Positions 42,811-57,726 of a stretch of DNA of 64,000 nt are shown piece by piece; within the stretch, counting starts at the first letter, position 1, and every line of letters begins with the position of its first letter. The notes under the pieces were generated by a model. It searched no databases. It worked only from the letters and a program-made list of their open reading frames with translations, and was not told where the DNA came from. The translations under genes were made by a program, and so were the position numbers. The stretch is from assembly GCA_951406725.2 (NCBI GenBank), contig OX597822.1:77996001-78060000 (forward strand), written 5' to 3'. The DNA comes from Octopus vulgaris. Taxonomy: Eukaryota.

Positions 42811-43032
42811 AACAGACGTACAGTTTTGTGGGAACGTAACACGTCCATTTCATCAGATGCCTTCTGGCATCTTCATGAGACAATGAAAACCTCGTGTTAT
42901 ATGGAGCTGGGTCAAACTGTTACTGACTATATATATATATACATATATGTTATAATTTAGAACAAACAGTAAAAGGTTGTCATTATAGTATTCATGAGAG
43001 TTTCAAGTGTCGGAGCGAAGAGCTACTTTTTA

Positions 43033-43102
<70 letters not shown>

Positions 43103-43119
43103 CATTATTATTATTATAT

Positions 43120-43234
43120 AGTTGAAATTTACAGAAAAACAAAAGACTAAGACAGGTGTATGAACAACAAGCAAGTGTATTAGTTTGACTCTCGGGAAAG
43201 TGAGAAAGTCTTTTACGTTTCGAACCTACGCTCT
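43120..43234 (-). mobile_element. Family G copy, 5'-truncated inside the hammerhead motif
   Basis: Near-identical to 13180-13296. Confidence 0.7.
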
Positions 43235-43238
43235 GCAG

Positions 43239-43327
<89 letters not shown>

Positions 43328-44329
43328 GAGAGAGAGAGAGATTAATGTTTGTTTTTTTGTTTAGTTAAAATAAAAACAATTCTACATTAAACTGAAGGGT
43401 TACTCTATACTCTTGTAGAGTACAAATGTATTATTATTAAACAAAAACATTGTTGACAGTGACTTCGCAGTTTCGGCTAGCTAAATCAGGGTCTATATAA
43501 AGCAAAGATCAACTTCAATGCTTCACAGTCCGACGATATCTTAGCTGGCCGAAACTTCGAAGTCATTGTCAACAATATTTTTGCTTAATAATGTGTGTGT
43601 GTGTGTGTGTACTACTGTTTAGTTTTTGTCGAATTACAATTCAAACAATTTTACATTAAATTTAAGAATTGCTCTGTACATTTTGCTGAGTACGTATTGA
43701 TTATGCTCTTACTAGGGGTGTTAGTGCCTTCGCGGTTTCGCCCTGCCACCCTTCGTCGGATTCTGTGTATGTATACGCTTGTGTCTAAGTACATAGATAC
43801 AGATATTTACTCATATACACATATACATGTGTACATACAAGCATATGTAACTTATATGCGAGTCTGTGGGCATGTGTTGATAGAAGGCGGTACACTCGTG
43901 AGTATGTAATTACCGTTATATATATATATATAATTAGCGCTAATTAGCCGTGCAGTTTTATTTGTATACGGGCTTTTCCTCGTGTTTGCTTGAAACATAA
44001 TAGGTAAGTATTTATGTTCTAGTAATATTCTCGTTTCTGTTCAACTATCCAATCGATTTTGCAACTTCTTATATAGAATCTGGTAGTTTCGCTTCTCAGA
44101 AGCCATCTTTAACCATAAATGTTCCGTTGACATAATCATAACTTCGAGTGGAACTCACGCTTCCTAATTATTTATATTTCTATTTTGATGAATAGATTTA
44201 TAGATTTTCCTGACACCGTCTGAATATATTGAAAATTATGTCTTCTATTTCGTTCCATAACTTATTGTTAAAGTGTAACACTCGGACATATTGTGGTAAG
44301 CAGAATGTTATTATTGCAAAAAGGAACAA

Positions 44330-44732
44330 GGCAATGAGCTAGCAGAATCGTTAGCACGCCAGGCGAAATGCTTAGCCGTATTTCGTCTGCCGCTACGTTC
44401 TGAGTTCAAATTCCGCCGAGGTCGACTTTGCCTTTCATCCTTTCGGGGTCGATTAAATAAGTACCAGTTACGCACTGGGGTCGATATAATCGACTTAATC
44501 TGTGTGTCTGTCCTTGTTTGTCTTCTCTGTGTTTAGCCTCTTGTGGGTAGTAAAGAAATATGTATTTCGTCTGCCGCTACGTTCTGAGTTCAAATTCGGC
44601 CCGAAGTCGACTTTGCCTTTCATCCTTTCGGGGTCGATTAAATAAGTACCAGTTGCGTAGTGGGGTCGATGTGATCGACTTACTCCCTCCCCCAAAATTC
44701 CAGGCCTTGTGCCTCTTGAAAAAAGGATTATT
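44330..44732 (+). mobile_element. SINE family A dimer
   Basis: Head plus two core units. Confidence 0.9.
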
Positions 44733-45788
44733 ACAAACAGGAACGTAGGTGACATAATCGATATCAATTGAGTATGTATAAGTTGGGGTTAGCACGAGAT
44801 AAGGTAGCTCCCAAATGCAAAATAGACTTATCAGAGATAGAAATGGCGGAGAGAAGAGGCAGTATATATCGTCGTGAAAGACATTGGAGTCTGCTGAGGA
44901 GCTTCTTTATCATTTTTATCGATGGGATCTGTACTACGTACGTTCTCAGGAGAAATCTTCGCTGATCAAGCTCCTAGCAGTTATTGCAACCTTGAGGTTT
45001 GTGGTTGTGTAATGTTCATGTTTAGGATGATAGATCGCCAGTGTTGGTTTTTGCTTGAGACTGAAGTGCAGCCCTACCTAAAGATCGAAACGTGGGAAGC
45101 CGTACCTCATATAAGGTGATCATTTGTTGACGTTTAATCATCTGCAAGAATCTCTGCCAATAATGTGGTGTAATCTAGGGCAGTAAGGGAGATGCCACTA
45201 AACGGAACTGTCTGAGAGGTGCGCAGAGCGACAAAACCATACAGCAAACGTCACTTTAGTCTCCGAATACTGCTGACATATGTAGATAAGTCGAACAACT
45301 ATTGTGAGGCGGATCCGAATATTGGCCGAATTAATCGTCAAGATCCTTCCACCGACCAGGTTTTTTTCTTTATATACCTAGTAATTGTGATTTTGTGTTG
45401 TTATTTCACGCATTATATGTCTACATATGACTTATGCACTATATTAATATATTCTTTGTAGAGGACATTGAACGAGCTGCATTGTTAATACATTAACACA
45501 ATTTATGTGCATGCATTAAATGTAGGATTGGTTCAATACAAAAGCACAAATCGTAAGTAATAAACTAAAGCAAAATCGAAACTGTGCAGTGCAACCCGAT
45601 ATCCTTCCATACTTTTAATGTTAAAAGGAACATATTTAAAGAAAGAAAATTATAGGCAACCCCATCACCACTACCACCATGTTTACTACTACCAGTACAC
45701 CATCCCAAATGTTGTTTCTACATACAAAAGTGGGTTACAGTGAGAAATTCTCACGAACCTGTTGAAATGGTTTGATGATGGTGATATG

Positions 45789-45826
<38 letters not shown>

Positions 45827-45830
<4 letters not shown>

Positions 45831-46384
45831 GTCCTGATGCAGTACCAGGCAGCGGCTCTCATGGCTTCTGATTTTAACTGATTGGGAGTGTTATCACGTA
45901 CATTGTTTTGTCTTGGTATAAAAGATGGGCTACAGTAAATATTCTGCTCAATACCACAGATTTGCGTGCAAGTTGTTTGACCATAACCAGTTGAGCATGT
46001 TCCTTAGTGGCTGACGATATGTGCATCTCTGATCACGAGCAGAAGTAGTGGGGGAAAATCATAGCCATGTATTGAGAGGGATTCTTTGGGGTTTGAATAA
46101 TTCCCCTCTGGAAACATGGGTGTTTCGTTCAACATCCTTAAGCAACCCTTATTCAGGTACCTTTTGTGCGGGATGGGTTACTCGGCCAGAAGAAAATTTT
46201 AACTGGGCCCCACCTGCAATGTCATGTTCTGTTTATCTTGATATGAAATCACCATGTCGTGCACATATGCTCGTGATGCATGTGCCTGGTGTACCCTTAT
46301 CAGACGGGTAGTCATGATGGGTATACTGGGCTTCGTATATTTTACCTCAGTGTCACTTTGATGGCATGCACTGCTCTCTCACTC
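45827..46384 (+). mobile_element. Family E repeat, about 555 bp, embedded in (AAT)n
   Basis: (AAT)n on both sides; homologous to 42373-42810; no convincing ORF. Confidence 0.8.
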
Positions 46385-46401
46385 AATAATAATAATAATC
46401 A

Positions 46402-46610
46402 TTTCTATTATAGGCACAAAGCCTGAAATTTGGGAGTAGGAAGCCAGTCGATAAGATCGATCTCCGTACGCAACTGGTACTTAATTCATCGACCTCGACA
46501 GGATGAAAAGCAAAGTCGACCTTGGCAGAATTTAAACTCAGAACGTAGCGATGGGCGAAATACTGCGAAACATTTCGTCCAGCGTGCTGACTATTCTGCC
46601 AGCTCAGCGC

Positions 46611-46670
<60 letters not shown>

Positions 46671-47093
46671 CCTCTCTATTATAGTCACAAGGCCTGAAAT
46701 TTGGGGAAGGGGGATAGTCGATTAGATCGAAACAGTACTCAACTGGTCCTTAATTTATCGACCCCGGAAGGACGAAAAGCAAAGTCGATCTAGGCGGAAT
46801 TTGAAATTAGATCGTAGCTACTGACGAAATATCGCTAAGCATTTCGCCCGGCATGCTAACCAATCTGTCAGCTGAAGGTGGTAAGCTGGCAGAATCGTTA
46901 GCACGCCGGAGAAACGGTTTAGCGGCATCTCGTTTTTCCTTTACGATCTAAGTTCAAATTCCGCCGAGGTCGACTTTGCTTTCCAACCTTTCGAGATCAA
47001 TGAAACAAGTACTAAGGGAGCACTAAGGTCAATATAATCGACTAGTTCCCTCTCCAAAATTTCCGGGCCTTGGTCCTCTAGTAGAGAGGGTTA
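46402..47093. mobile_element. Cluster of three SINE A copies (46402-46610 -, 46670-46872 -, 46876-47093 +)
   Basis: Core and head motifs in each; the last two are head-to-head. Confidence 0.85.
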
Positions 47094-47504
47094 TTGCTGT
47101 TGTTGTCGTCGTTGTTGTTCTCGTTCTTGTTTCCATTCCTACACTATTAAAAACAAGGGCACTGAGTAAAGAAACAAGTTTTTTGTTGCAATAAAATTAA
47201 TAATAATATTGCAGAAAAGAAAAACGAGAAAAAAACAAAAAAAAAAACACGACGAGGGCTTTTTCATTTTCTTTTAGTTTTTCTTTTTTATTTTCTTTTA
47301 CAATGAAGACGTATTTGAACGGGGGGGAAAGAAAACAAAAAAGAAAGGATTAGAAGAACAAGAAATGCAGGAACAATAAAAGAATACGATAAGTAAGAAA
47401 GAAAACATTCTCATACGAAAAAGAATATTGAGAAAGCGAATGAAAACATGCACAGAAGAATGAGAAGAAGAAGGAACAAATATAAGGAAAACGATTAATA
47501 TTCA

Positions 47505-48290
<786 letters not shown>

Positions 48291-48766
48291 GGAATGACTA
48301 CAACAACAATAGCAACAATGTACGTTTTCAGAAGAAAAAAAATGGAATCAACAATGCAGACGTGTATGGTTGTTTTCTTAACTGAAACCAACCAGGTGGT
48401 AAGGAATGACTGAAACAGACGGTGATGGCAAATGCCGATCGATAGGATGAATGTAAGGAGCCGGTATGGAACAAGAAGCATTGACCGATTACATTGAAGA
48501 CCAGCGCTCTTTCTCTCTTTGATAAGAAGAATGAAAAAGGAAAAAAATAAACAAAAAAACATATGTATTTCCCGATCGTCCTTTTTTTTTTTGTTTTTTT
48601 TTGTTTTTTCCATGTCTATAAAGCACACACACATATACATTAACACACGCATTCACAGACACAGAGACGTACAGATGCACACAATATTATGCGTAAACAC
48701 GCTTCTAGACATACGTAAATGTTTGTTCAAACGTATGTGGAACTATATATATATATATATGTATAT

Positions 48767-48847
<81 letters not shown>

Positions 48848-49020
48848 CATATGTATTTACATATATACATATGTATTTACATGTATTGCTATATACGTAT
48901 ACGCACATAATTGTATGCATATATACAAAGACACACATAGATAAGCGCATAAACATTTATAAGCATTCACGAACACACTCAAATACAAAGCATAAATGAA
49001 TACTAATGCATGTATATATA

Positions 49021-49076
<56 letters not shown>

Positions 49077-49238
49077 GAAATAAAAGTGCTCAATATAATA
49101 TGTATATCGATGCAAAGGAGTCCAGGGTCCACTGTCGAAAAACTACATTTCGCTTTCTGGCACATCTGGATATCAAACTTTCGACCGTGAAACACCAGCT
49201 TCGAATACATACATACACACATATATAGACATACATAC

Positions 49239-49286
<48 letters not shown>

Positions 49287-49293
49287 CATATTA

Positions 49294-49329
<36 letters not shown>

Positions 49330-49365
49330 GTATGTATTACATGTTATGATACATATATATATACT

Positions 49366-49974
49366 ATTTTACTCTTTTACTTGTTTCAGTCATTTGACTG
49401 CGGCCATGACGGAGCACCGCCTTTAATCGAGCAAATCGACCCAAGGGCTTATTTTTTGTAAGCCTAGTACTTATTCCATCGGTCCCTAATGCCAAACCGC
49501 TAAGTTATGGGGACGTAAACACACCACCATCGGCTGTCAAGCGATGTTAGAGGTTCAAACTCAGACACGCAAACATATACACACATACATATAAATATAT
49601 GACGGGCTTCTTTCAGTTTCCATCTACCAAATCCACTCAAGGCTTTGGTCGACCCGAAGATATAGTAGAAGTTGCCCAAGGTGCCACGCAGGGGGACTGA
49701 ACCCGGAACCATGTGGTTGGTAAGCAAGCTACTTACCACACAGCCACTCCTGCGCCTGTGTATAAATATATATATATAGGCTTTGGTCGGCCCGAAGCTA
49801 TAGTAGAAGACAGTTGCTCGAGGTGTCACGCAGTGGGACTGAACCACTCACAAAGCTTTGGTCAGCCCGAGATTATAGTAGAATACACTTGCTGAAGATG
49901 TCACGCAGTGGGACTGAACCCAGAACCATGTGGTTGGGAAGCAAGCTTCTTACCACACAGCCATGCCTGCGCCT
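49366..49974 (-). mobile_element. SINE B full copy (49366-49757) plus an internally duplicated head fragment (49779-49974)
   Basis: Family B motifs; the gctttggtc...gggactgaacc segment is repeated. Confidence 0.85.
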
Positions 49975-50800
49975 ATATGCATTTGAAAATTTTGCCTCAT
50001 GCTGCTTTCAAAGATTTCACAGTTTGAAAAATGTCCTGCCAGCGAGTGGCATCCATCATTCTTTACGCCTCATTGTCAATATGTGCTAAAGAATGTTCAT
50101 CATAAGGTTAACATAAGGGGACACTACATGAAACCTATGGTTTTGTAATGCGAAGATATTTCCAGATGGTAAACACATGTGAGCAAAGAAACCACACACA
50201 CACACACACGCACAAACACATACACGTGTGTACACACATACACACACATGTGTACACACATGCACAGACACACAAGACACACACGTTCTCCACAGGGTAG
50301 AACGTAATTAGCCTTAACGACAGAACTTCGATATTATCTAATGTTTTTTTTTTTTTTACCCGAAAGTTTCAACAAAAATTTTAATAAATTAGAAATTACT
50401 TGGTGCTGCAAAATAAATCTATATTGCGAAAGAAGCGATGAAGAAGCGAATATGTGTGGGTCTTACCCCATAACAAATCTCCCGATATAGATAGATAGAT
50501 AGAATGATAGATGGACAGATCGACAGACAGATAAGATAGACAGACAGACAAACAAGCACACACGCACACACACAGGCAAAGAGTTTGATAGAATCAGATA
50601 AATAGATAGATAAGTTTCTTTATTACCCACACAGGGCCGAACACGGGGGGGGGGGGGGCAAAATACAATGTAGAGCTTTTCTTTTCGAAAATAGAAAAAA
50701 AAGGAGAAAAAATAAAATTCCGATCAAAAGGGATCGTGAAAAAATATATAGACAGACAGACAGATGATAGATAGACAGACAGACAGGCAGGCAAACATAT

Positions 50801-50853
<53 letters not shown>

Positions 50854-50891
50854 CAGACAGATAGAGAGATAGAATGATAGATAGATATATG

Positions 50892-50938
<47 letters not shown>

Positions 50939-51089
50939 GTAAAGGTGTAAGGATTTGGGATCCAGGCAGGTACCCTATTAGTATTCCGATATAATCCAGG
51001 TTCTGGTGGCAAACCACAGTGAATGATAGAAAACATATAGAATTGTGCAAAATAAACAATTAAACACTACTTCACTCGACAGGAAAATC

Positions 51090-51545
51090 CTGAGTTTGCT
51101 TCATTGGATCAAGACATCATGGCAAAGAATGGAGAATTATACATCTTCAAAATGTGTTTATTATACTACAAATCTGTAGGAGCGCCATGATTTCAAGCGC
51201 AAGTAAAAGATCCCCAAAATGTCCAATACCATACGTTGCATATCTGTTTTTTTTTTTAATATCAGAATGACACACTTAAAAGGATCAATGTCGATACTAA
51301 TACCTGGGAAGACTTTGCATTAGATAGGGAGCTGTGGGGTAACCTGACTGCTACTGGTATTAAAGAATTCAGGAACAATAGTGTTACATACAATGAGTTG
51401 AAACTTGCTGGTGAATATACGGAGAATGTGAATCTTCTCCCTGAGAAGGGCACGAAAGAATTTCTTTGTTGAAGCCAGTGAGGTCGCGTCTACATCTCAA
51501 AGGCAGGCCTGCGAAGGCACTCCCATATCCTAATGTGATATCCAG
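51090..51545 (+). mobile_element. RTE-clade LINE 3' fragment
   Basis: TLKRINVDTNTWEDFALDRELW (RTE WExxAxDRxxW motif) and GRVYISKAGLRRH. Confidence 0.7.
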
Positions 51546-51837
51546 CATGATCTGTCGTGCACATTGCTAAAATAATCTTATCATGAAGAACATTTTAGTA
51601 CCGGTTTCGGTCTTTGCGACGTTTTCAACTTAGAGTAAAGCATGAAAAAACAATTAAATTGTGGAAAATTTAAATGAAATGTCCAATACCATACGTTGGT
51701 ATTTTAAAAATATTTCCATAGTTTTCAAATAGGTGAGACATTTTCCTTTTTTCTGTCTGTCTGTCTCTCTTTTATTTTTGTGAAGGCTCAGTAGGTAGTA
51801 GCAGATCTGAAGAATTATTTATATATATATATACATA

Positions 51838-52132
51838 TCACCGTGACCGACCAGGCTATCAGATGTTGCTGCACATCGCTGGTCACAATGCGCTTCGCAT
51901 TGTCTTAGCCTTCAAATGACGCCACCCCGCTGGCTAAGCGAGCAGGCCAACAGAAGAAAGAGAGATTTGTGGCGAAAGAGTACAGCAGGGATCGCCACCA
52001 CCCCCTGCCGGAGCCTCGTGGAGCTTCAGGAGTTTTCGCTCAATAAACACTCACAACGCCCGGTCTGGGAGCGAAACCACGATTCTGCAACCGCGAGTCC
52101 GCTGCCCTAACCACTGGGCCATTGCGCCTCCA
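51838..52132 (-). mobile_element. SINE family C, tail type 1, full length
   Basis: ggaggcgcaatggcccagtggttagggcagcggactcgcgg head; sits between (TA)n tracts. Confidence 0.9.
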
Positions 52133-52153
52133 CATATATACATATATACATAC

Positions 52154-52228
<75 letters not shown>

Positions 52229-52629
52229 TGTATATTAATGCATAGATAGATATGTGAGTATATGTGTGTTTGGCCCCTGTCACTGCAGATAACTGGCGTT
52301 TGTGTTTTACAACACCGTAACTTAGCAGTTCGTCAAAAGACGAGGGAATGAGTACCAGCAATAAGTACTGTGGTTGATTATGCCAGGCGGTGTCCCTGCA
52401 GGGTCGCACTCTAATAACCGAAACAAATAAAAGATATGTGTGCATGTGTGTGCGTGTGTATTTACGTATGTATAAGCATATAATGCATATATGTGCGTGT
52501 GTGAATGCGTGAGTGTTCAGGTGTATGTCCGCGTATTTACGTATGTATAGATACACATATGCACACCATTTCAACACACGCGCACGCGTACATAAAAGTA
52601 GAGGTTTGTTGTCAAACATACATACATAA

Positions 52630-52661
<32 letters not shown>

Positions 52662-52663
<2 letters not shown>

Positions 52664-52875
52664 TCTTTTACTTGTTTCAGTCATGTGACTGTGGCCATGC
52701 TGGAGCACCGCCTTTAGTCGAACAAATCGACCCCGAGACTTTTTCTTTGTAAGCCTAGTACTTATTCTATCGGTCTCTTTTGCCGAACCGCTAAGTTACG
52801 AATACGTAAACATACCAGCATCGGTTGTCAAGGGATGTTGGGTGGGGGCGGAGAAACACAGACACACAAACATAT

Positions 52876-52908
<33 letters not shown>

Positions 52909-53080
52909 CACAAATACGACGGGGTTCTTTCAGTTTCCATCTACCAAATCCACTCACAAGGATTAGGTCGGCCCGAGGCTATAGAATAAGACACTTGCCC
53001 AAGGTGCAACGCAGTGGGACTGAACCCGGAACTATGTGGTTCGTAAGCAAGCTACTTACCATACAGCCACTCCTACGCCT
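52662..53080 (-). mobile_element. SINE family B, full length
   Basis: Complete reverse copy with internal (CA)/(TA) tract. Confidence 0.9.
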
Positions 53081-53110
53081 ATGTAGGAGTGGCTGTGTGG
53101 TAGGAGTGTG

Positions 53111-53146
<36 letters not shown>

Positions 53147-53344
53147 CGTATGTATATATATGTATATATAAATGTATATATATACACATATATATATATA
53201 CATGCAATGCATGTATGTATGTTTGCATGTATGTATACAGACAGACAGACACCACCTCTTTTCTCTGCGTGTTTGAGGGGGGGGGAGTGAAGCGAAGGAA
53301 TGAAACGCGACGGTAAAAATGCAAGCGGTGAAGAACGAAAGAAG

Positions 53345-53388
<44 letters not shown>

Positions 53389-53532
53389 TAGAGAGATAGA
53401 GAGAGGGAGAGAGAAGAAAACATGGAAGCATGGAAGAAGGAATGACAAAAGTAGCAATAGAAGGAAGAATGGCAAAAAGATGTATGTGTGATGTCTGTAT
53501 GGGTGTACACGACTATGTATGCTGGAATCAAT

Positions 53533-53600
<68 letters not shown>

Positions 53601-53988
53601 GATACATTGATAGATAGATATAGATATATATGCATATATATATATATACATATATGCATATGTATATATGCATATATATATATGCATGTTTGTATGTATA
53701 CAATGAGTTATAGTGTGTGTGTGTGTGTGTGTGCCACCAAACACTGAGACATATTTTAAAGGAAGTTAAAGAGTGACTCATGGGTGGAAAGTTTCGTTCA
53801 TTGTCACTTAACCGCGTTAGATCGATGTTTAGTTTGAGTAAATACACAAACATATTTTGGTAATGGTAAATTTCATTCTTTACTGACGAAAAAAAAGTGA
53901 CGATTATCATCACCATCAACATCATCATCAACATCATCATCATCATTGTTGTTGTTGTTGTTGTTGTTATTATTATTATTATTATTAT

Positions 53989-54059
<71 letters not shown>

Positions 54060-54062
54060 TTG

Positions 54063-54700
54063 AGGTGGCGAGTAGGCAGAATCGCTAGCGCATCGGACAA
54101 AACGCTTACCGGCATTTCGTCCGTCTTTCCGTTTTGAGTTCGAATTCCGCCGATGTTGACTATACCTTAGATCTTATCAGAGTCGATAAAATAAATAGCA
54201 GCTATGCACTGGGATAGATATAATCGATTAGAGCCCTCCCCACAAATTTCTGGCCCTGTGTCTGTCGTAGAAGGGAAAGGATTACTAAGGTCGCAGAAGA
54301 TGGCGAGCCGGCAGAATCGTAGGCGCGCAGGACAAAATGCTTAGGGGCATATCGACCGTCTCTACGTTGTGAGTTCAAATTCCGCCGAGGTCAGCTTCGC
54401 CTTTCATCATTTCGGGGTCGATGAAATAAGCACTAGTGAAATACCGAGGCCGAAATAATGGACTTACACCCTAAAATTGCAAACCTTGTAGCAAAATTTT
54501 AAACGAGGATTATTAAGACAGGGAAATGGCCGAATCGTTAGAGCGTGAGACCGGCTATTTAGGTTCTGGGTTCAAATCCGGCTGAGGTAAGTTGTGCCAA
54601 TCATCTTTTCGGGGTCGATATAATGAGCATCAGTTTAACACCGGGGTCGATGTAAACGACTAGCCTATCCCCGTTTAGAATTTCAGTCCAGGTTTGGCGA
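54063..54700 (+). mobile_element. Three tandem diverged SINE A copies
   Basis: Heads at about 54063, 54302 and 54520, each with gttc[a/g]aat B-box and core. Confidence 0.8.
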
Positions 54701-55027
54701 AATGAAGATGCGGTAGAATTCGTAGAACTTCAGCGTTCAAATTGTTGGCGCGGTCGAATACGTTTCTTCGATAGTGATCGATACATTAGGACGTGGTCTA
54801 TACAGTGACATAAAATTAAGGACTAGGGGGAAATCATATTCGATTTGTGACTCCCCACCTAATGTCGATCCCCATCTCACAAATTTAGGCATTGTCTCCG
54901 ACATATAGGAAACTATTAGATCAATTTTTATTATTTCTTTGTAACCAACAAACATTTGCTCAATTGTAAATAATGATAACAGAATGAAATATAGAATGAA
55001 ATATAGATAGATAGACAGACAGAGATT

Positions 55028-55105
<78 letters not shown>

Positions 55106-55232
55106 GAAGAACACATAAACACTCACTCACATATATACACAACACACACTCGTATGTGAGTTTACTTACGTATATATGTACATTTGTAAACAAACATGTA
55201 TATATATAATATATATATAGAGAGAGAGAGTG

Positions 55233-55315
<83 letters not shown>

Positions 55316-55579
55316 TATTGAAATATAGATATACGTATGTATAAACTTCTATGTACATATACATACAGGCATACATTCATTCATACATATATATGCATGC
55401 ATGTCTGCATGCATACATACATGCATACATACATACATACATACATACATACATACATACATACATACATACATACATACATACATACACATGTGTCAGA
55501 ATAGAGATAGACAGAGCGAGAAAAAGTAAGAAAGACAGACAGAAATAAAGACAGAAATATCTGTTTGTCTGCTTGTATG

Positions 55580-55632
<53 letters not shown>

Positions 55633-55745
55633 TTATACGCGTGTATATACGAGTGTGTATGTATTTGTGTATATACATATTTGTGTTATATTATATATTA
55701 GAGTAAATACGAGTGCATGCTTGGTATGTATATACACATTAGCGC

Positions 55746-55785
<40 letters not shown>

Positions 55786-55983
55786 GTGAATTCATGGTTT
55801 AGTTTACAATATTTTTTGGCGTTGATATCTTCTTTTTAAATGCAAAATTCTTACTTACCAGTGCTGGATCATCCTGACTTTTTTATTCTGGATATGAAAC
55901 GGGTAGTTAGTTGATAATAAGTTGTATGAGAAATATAGAGATGATGTGTAGAGATAGATAGATAGATAGATATGTGATATATA

Positions 55984-56036
<53 letters not shown>

Positions 56037-56259
56037 ATATATATATTTATATATATATATATATATATATGATATATATTATGTATGTATAGCTGCCTGG
56101 TAGAAAAGCGATGGGCCACCTCTTTCTCGCTTAAGTGTACGAGCTTGGTCTTTCTGTGACAGACAGTTTAAAGATTCCGAAGGTAGCTTCTGATAACAGC
56201 ATCTGCCACAGTCACTGACGGCAGAAAGTAGAGGCGCTGGTCGATGGGGTGAAGTAGAC

Positions 56260-56980
56260 GTTGTGGTAGTAGTGGTAGGGGTGGTGGAGGAGGAGGAAGA
56301 GATGGTGTTGATTGTGGTGGTGGTAGCGATAGTGATGATGATGATGATGATGATAATGGTAGTGGTGGTAGCTGTGGCAACGATAGTGGTGGTGGTAGTG
56401 GAGGTGGTAGTGGTTATGGTGGTAGCGGCGGCGGCGGCAGTGGTGGTGGTGTATTGGTGGTGGCAGTGGTAGTGGTGGTGGTGGTGGTGGTGGTGTTTGT
56501 GGTGGTGGTGTTTGTGGTGGAGGAGATAGTGGTGATGTTGTTATTGTTAGTGGTAGTAGTGGTTGTGGTGAAGATGGCGGCGGCAGTAGTGGTTGTGTGT
56601 GGTGTTGTTCGTGTCGATGGTGGCGGTGGTGGTGGTGGTGGTGGTGGTGGTGGTGGTGGTGGTGGTGGTGGTGGTGGCGGCGGTGTTTACGATTGTGAAG
56701 TAGTGTAAATGTCTGCAGGGGCTTTCTGGTAATAGTGCAGTTTGTTGTTGTAATGGTGGTGGTGATGGTGGTTGTGGTGGTGGTGGCGGCGGCAGCGGCG
56801 GAGGTGGTATTGGTGCTAGTGCTGCTGGTTATGGAATTTGTGGTCATGCAGTGGGGGAATGTTGTGGCGGTAGTGGTGGTAGTGATGGCATTATGGTTGT
56901 TGTCGTAGTGTTTATTATTGTTATGGTGATGGTGGTGGTGGCGGTGGTGGTGATGGTGATGGTGATGGTGATGGTGATGG
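56260..56980. repeat. (GGT)n-rich degenerate trinucleotide tract
   Basis: Directly visible. Confidence 0.9.
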
Positions 56981-57726
56981 TGCATCCATTTGTAGGAAGT
57001 GTATATGTGTGTGTGCATGCACGCATGTAATACTCTGTGTGTGTATGCGATAGTGTGTGCATGTGTGTGAATGCGGTCCTGCGTGTTTTTGTTGCTATTA
57101 TTTAACCCCGGGCAGTTCAAATTCCGCCGAAGTCGACTTTACTTTTCATCCTTTCAGGATCGATAAAATTAGTACCTGTTATGCACTGGGGTCGACGTAA
57201 ATCGACTTAACCCATTCCCCCAAATTTGAGGCCTTGTGCTTCCAGTAGAAAGGATTATTTAACCCAAGGCGAAAATGAGTCAGGGACACCTATGATCATA
57301 GGTATTCCATCCATAATCAACACGTCTATTTAAGGTAAAGTAGGACTAATACTACATTATCGAATGTGACCTGTCTTTTGTGTAAAAAACCAGGGTGATG
57401 AATTTGAGGGAGATTTGACTGCTATTTCTAGCAGTTCGAGCGAGCACATACAGGCTCCCTCGTTGGCAATAGTGTGACGTTGGTAATATTCGTATGTGCA
57501 TGTGTGTGTGTGTGTTTATGTGTATGAGTATGTATGTGTTTGTGTGTGCGTTTGTGCGTGCCTTGTTTGTGTGTATGAGAGTGCGTGTGTGACCGCGCAG
57601 GTTTGTATGTCTATCTGTGTGTGTCTGTGTGTGTGTAATTGTGCGTGACAGCTCTGTCCGTCACGGAAGTGGAAAACTAACTATATTAGCAAGTGTATAT
57701 ATACAGAAATCTATTTATATTATATT

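Noticed and set aside
45831-45855. Family E end resembling U2 snRNA cctggtattgca on the minus strand
   Set aside because: The match is only about 12 nt, with no other U2 sequence.
56212-57120. His/Thr/Pro-rich 302-aa ORF (and the Gly-rich ORF at 7335-7742)
   Set aside because: (GGT)n low-complexity DNA is open in multiple frames.
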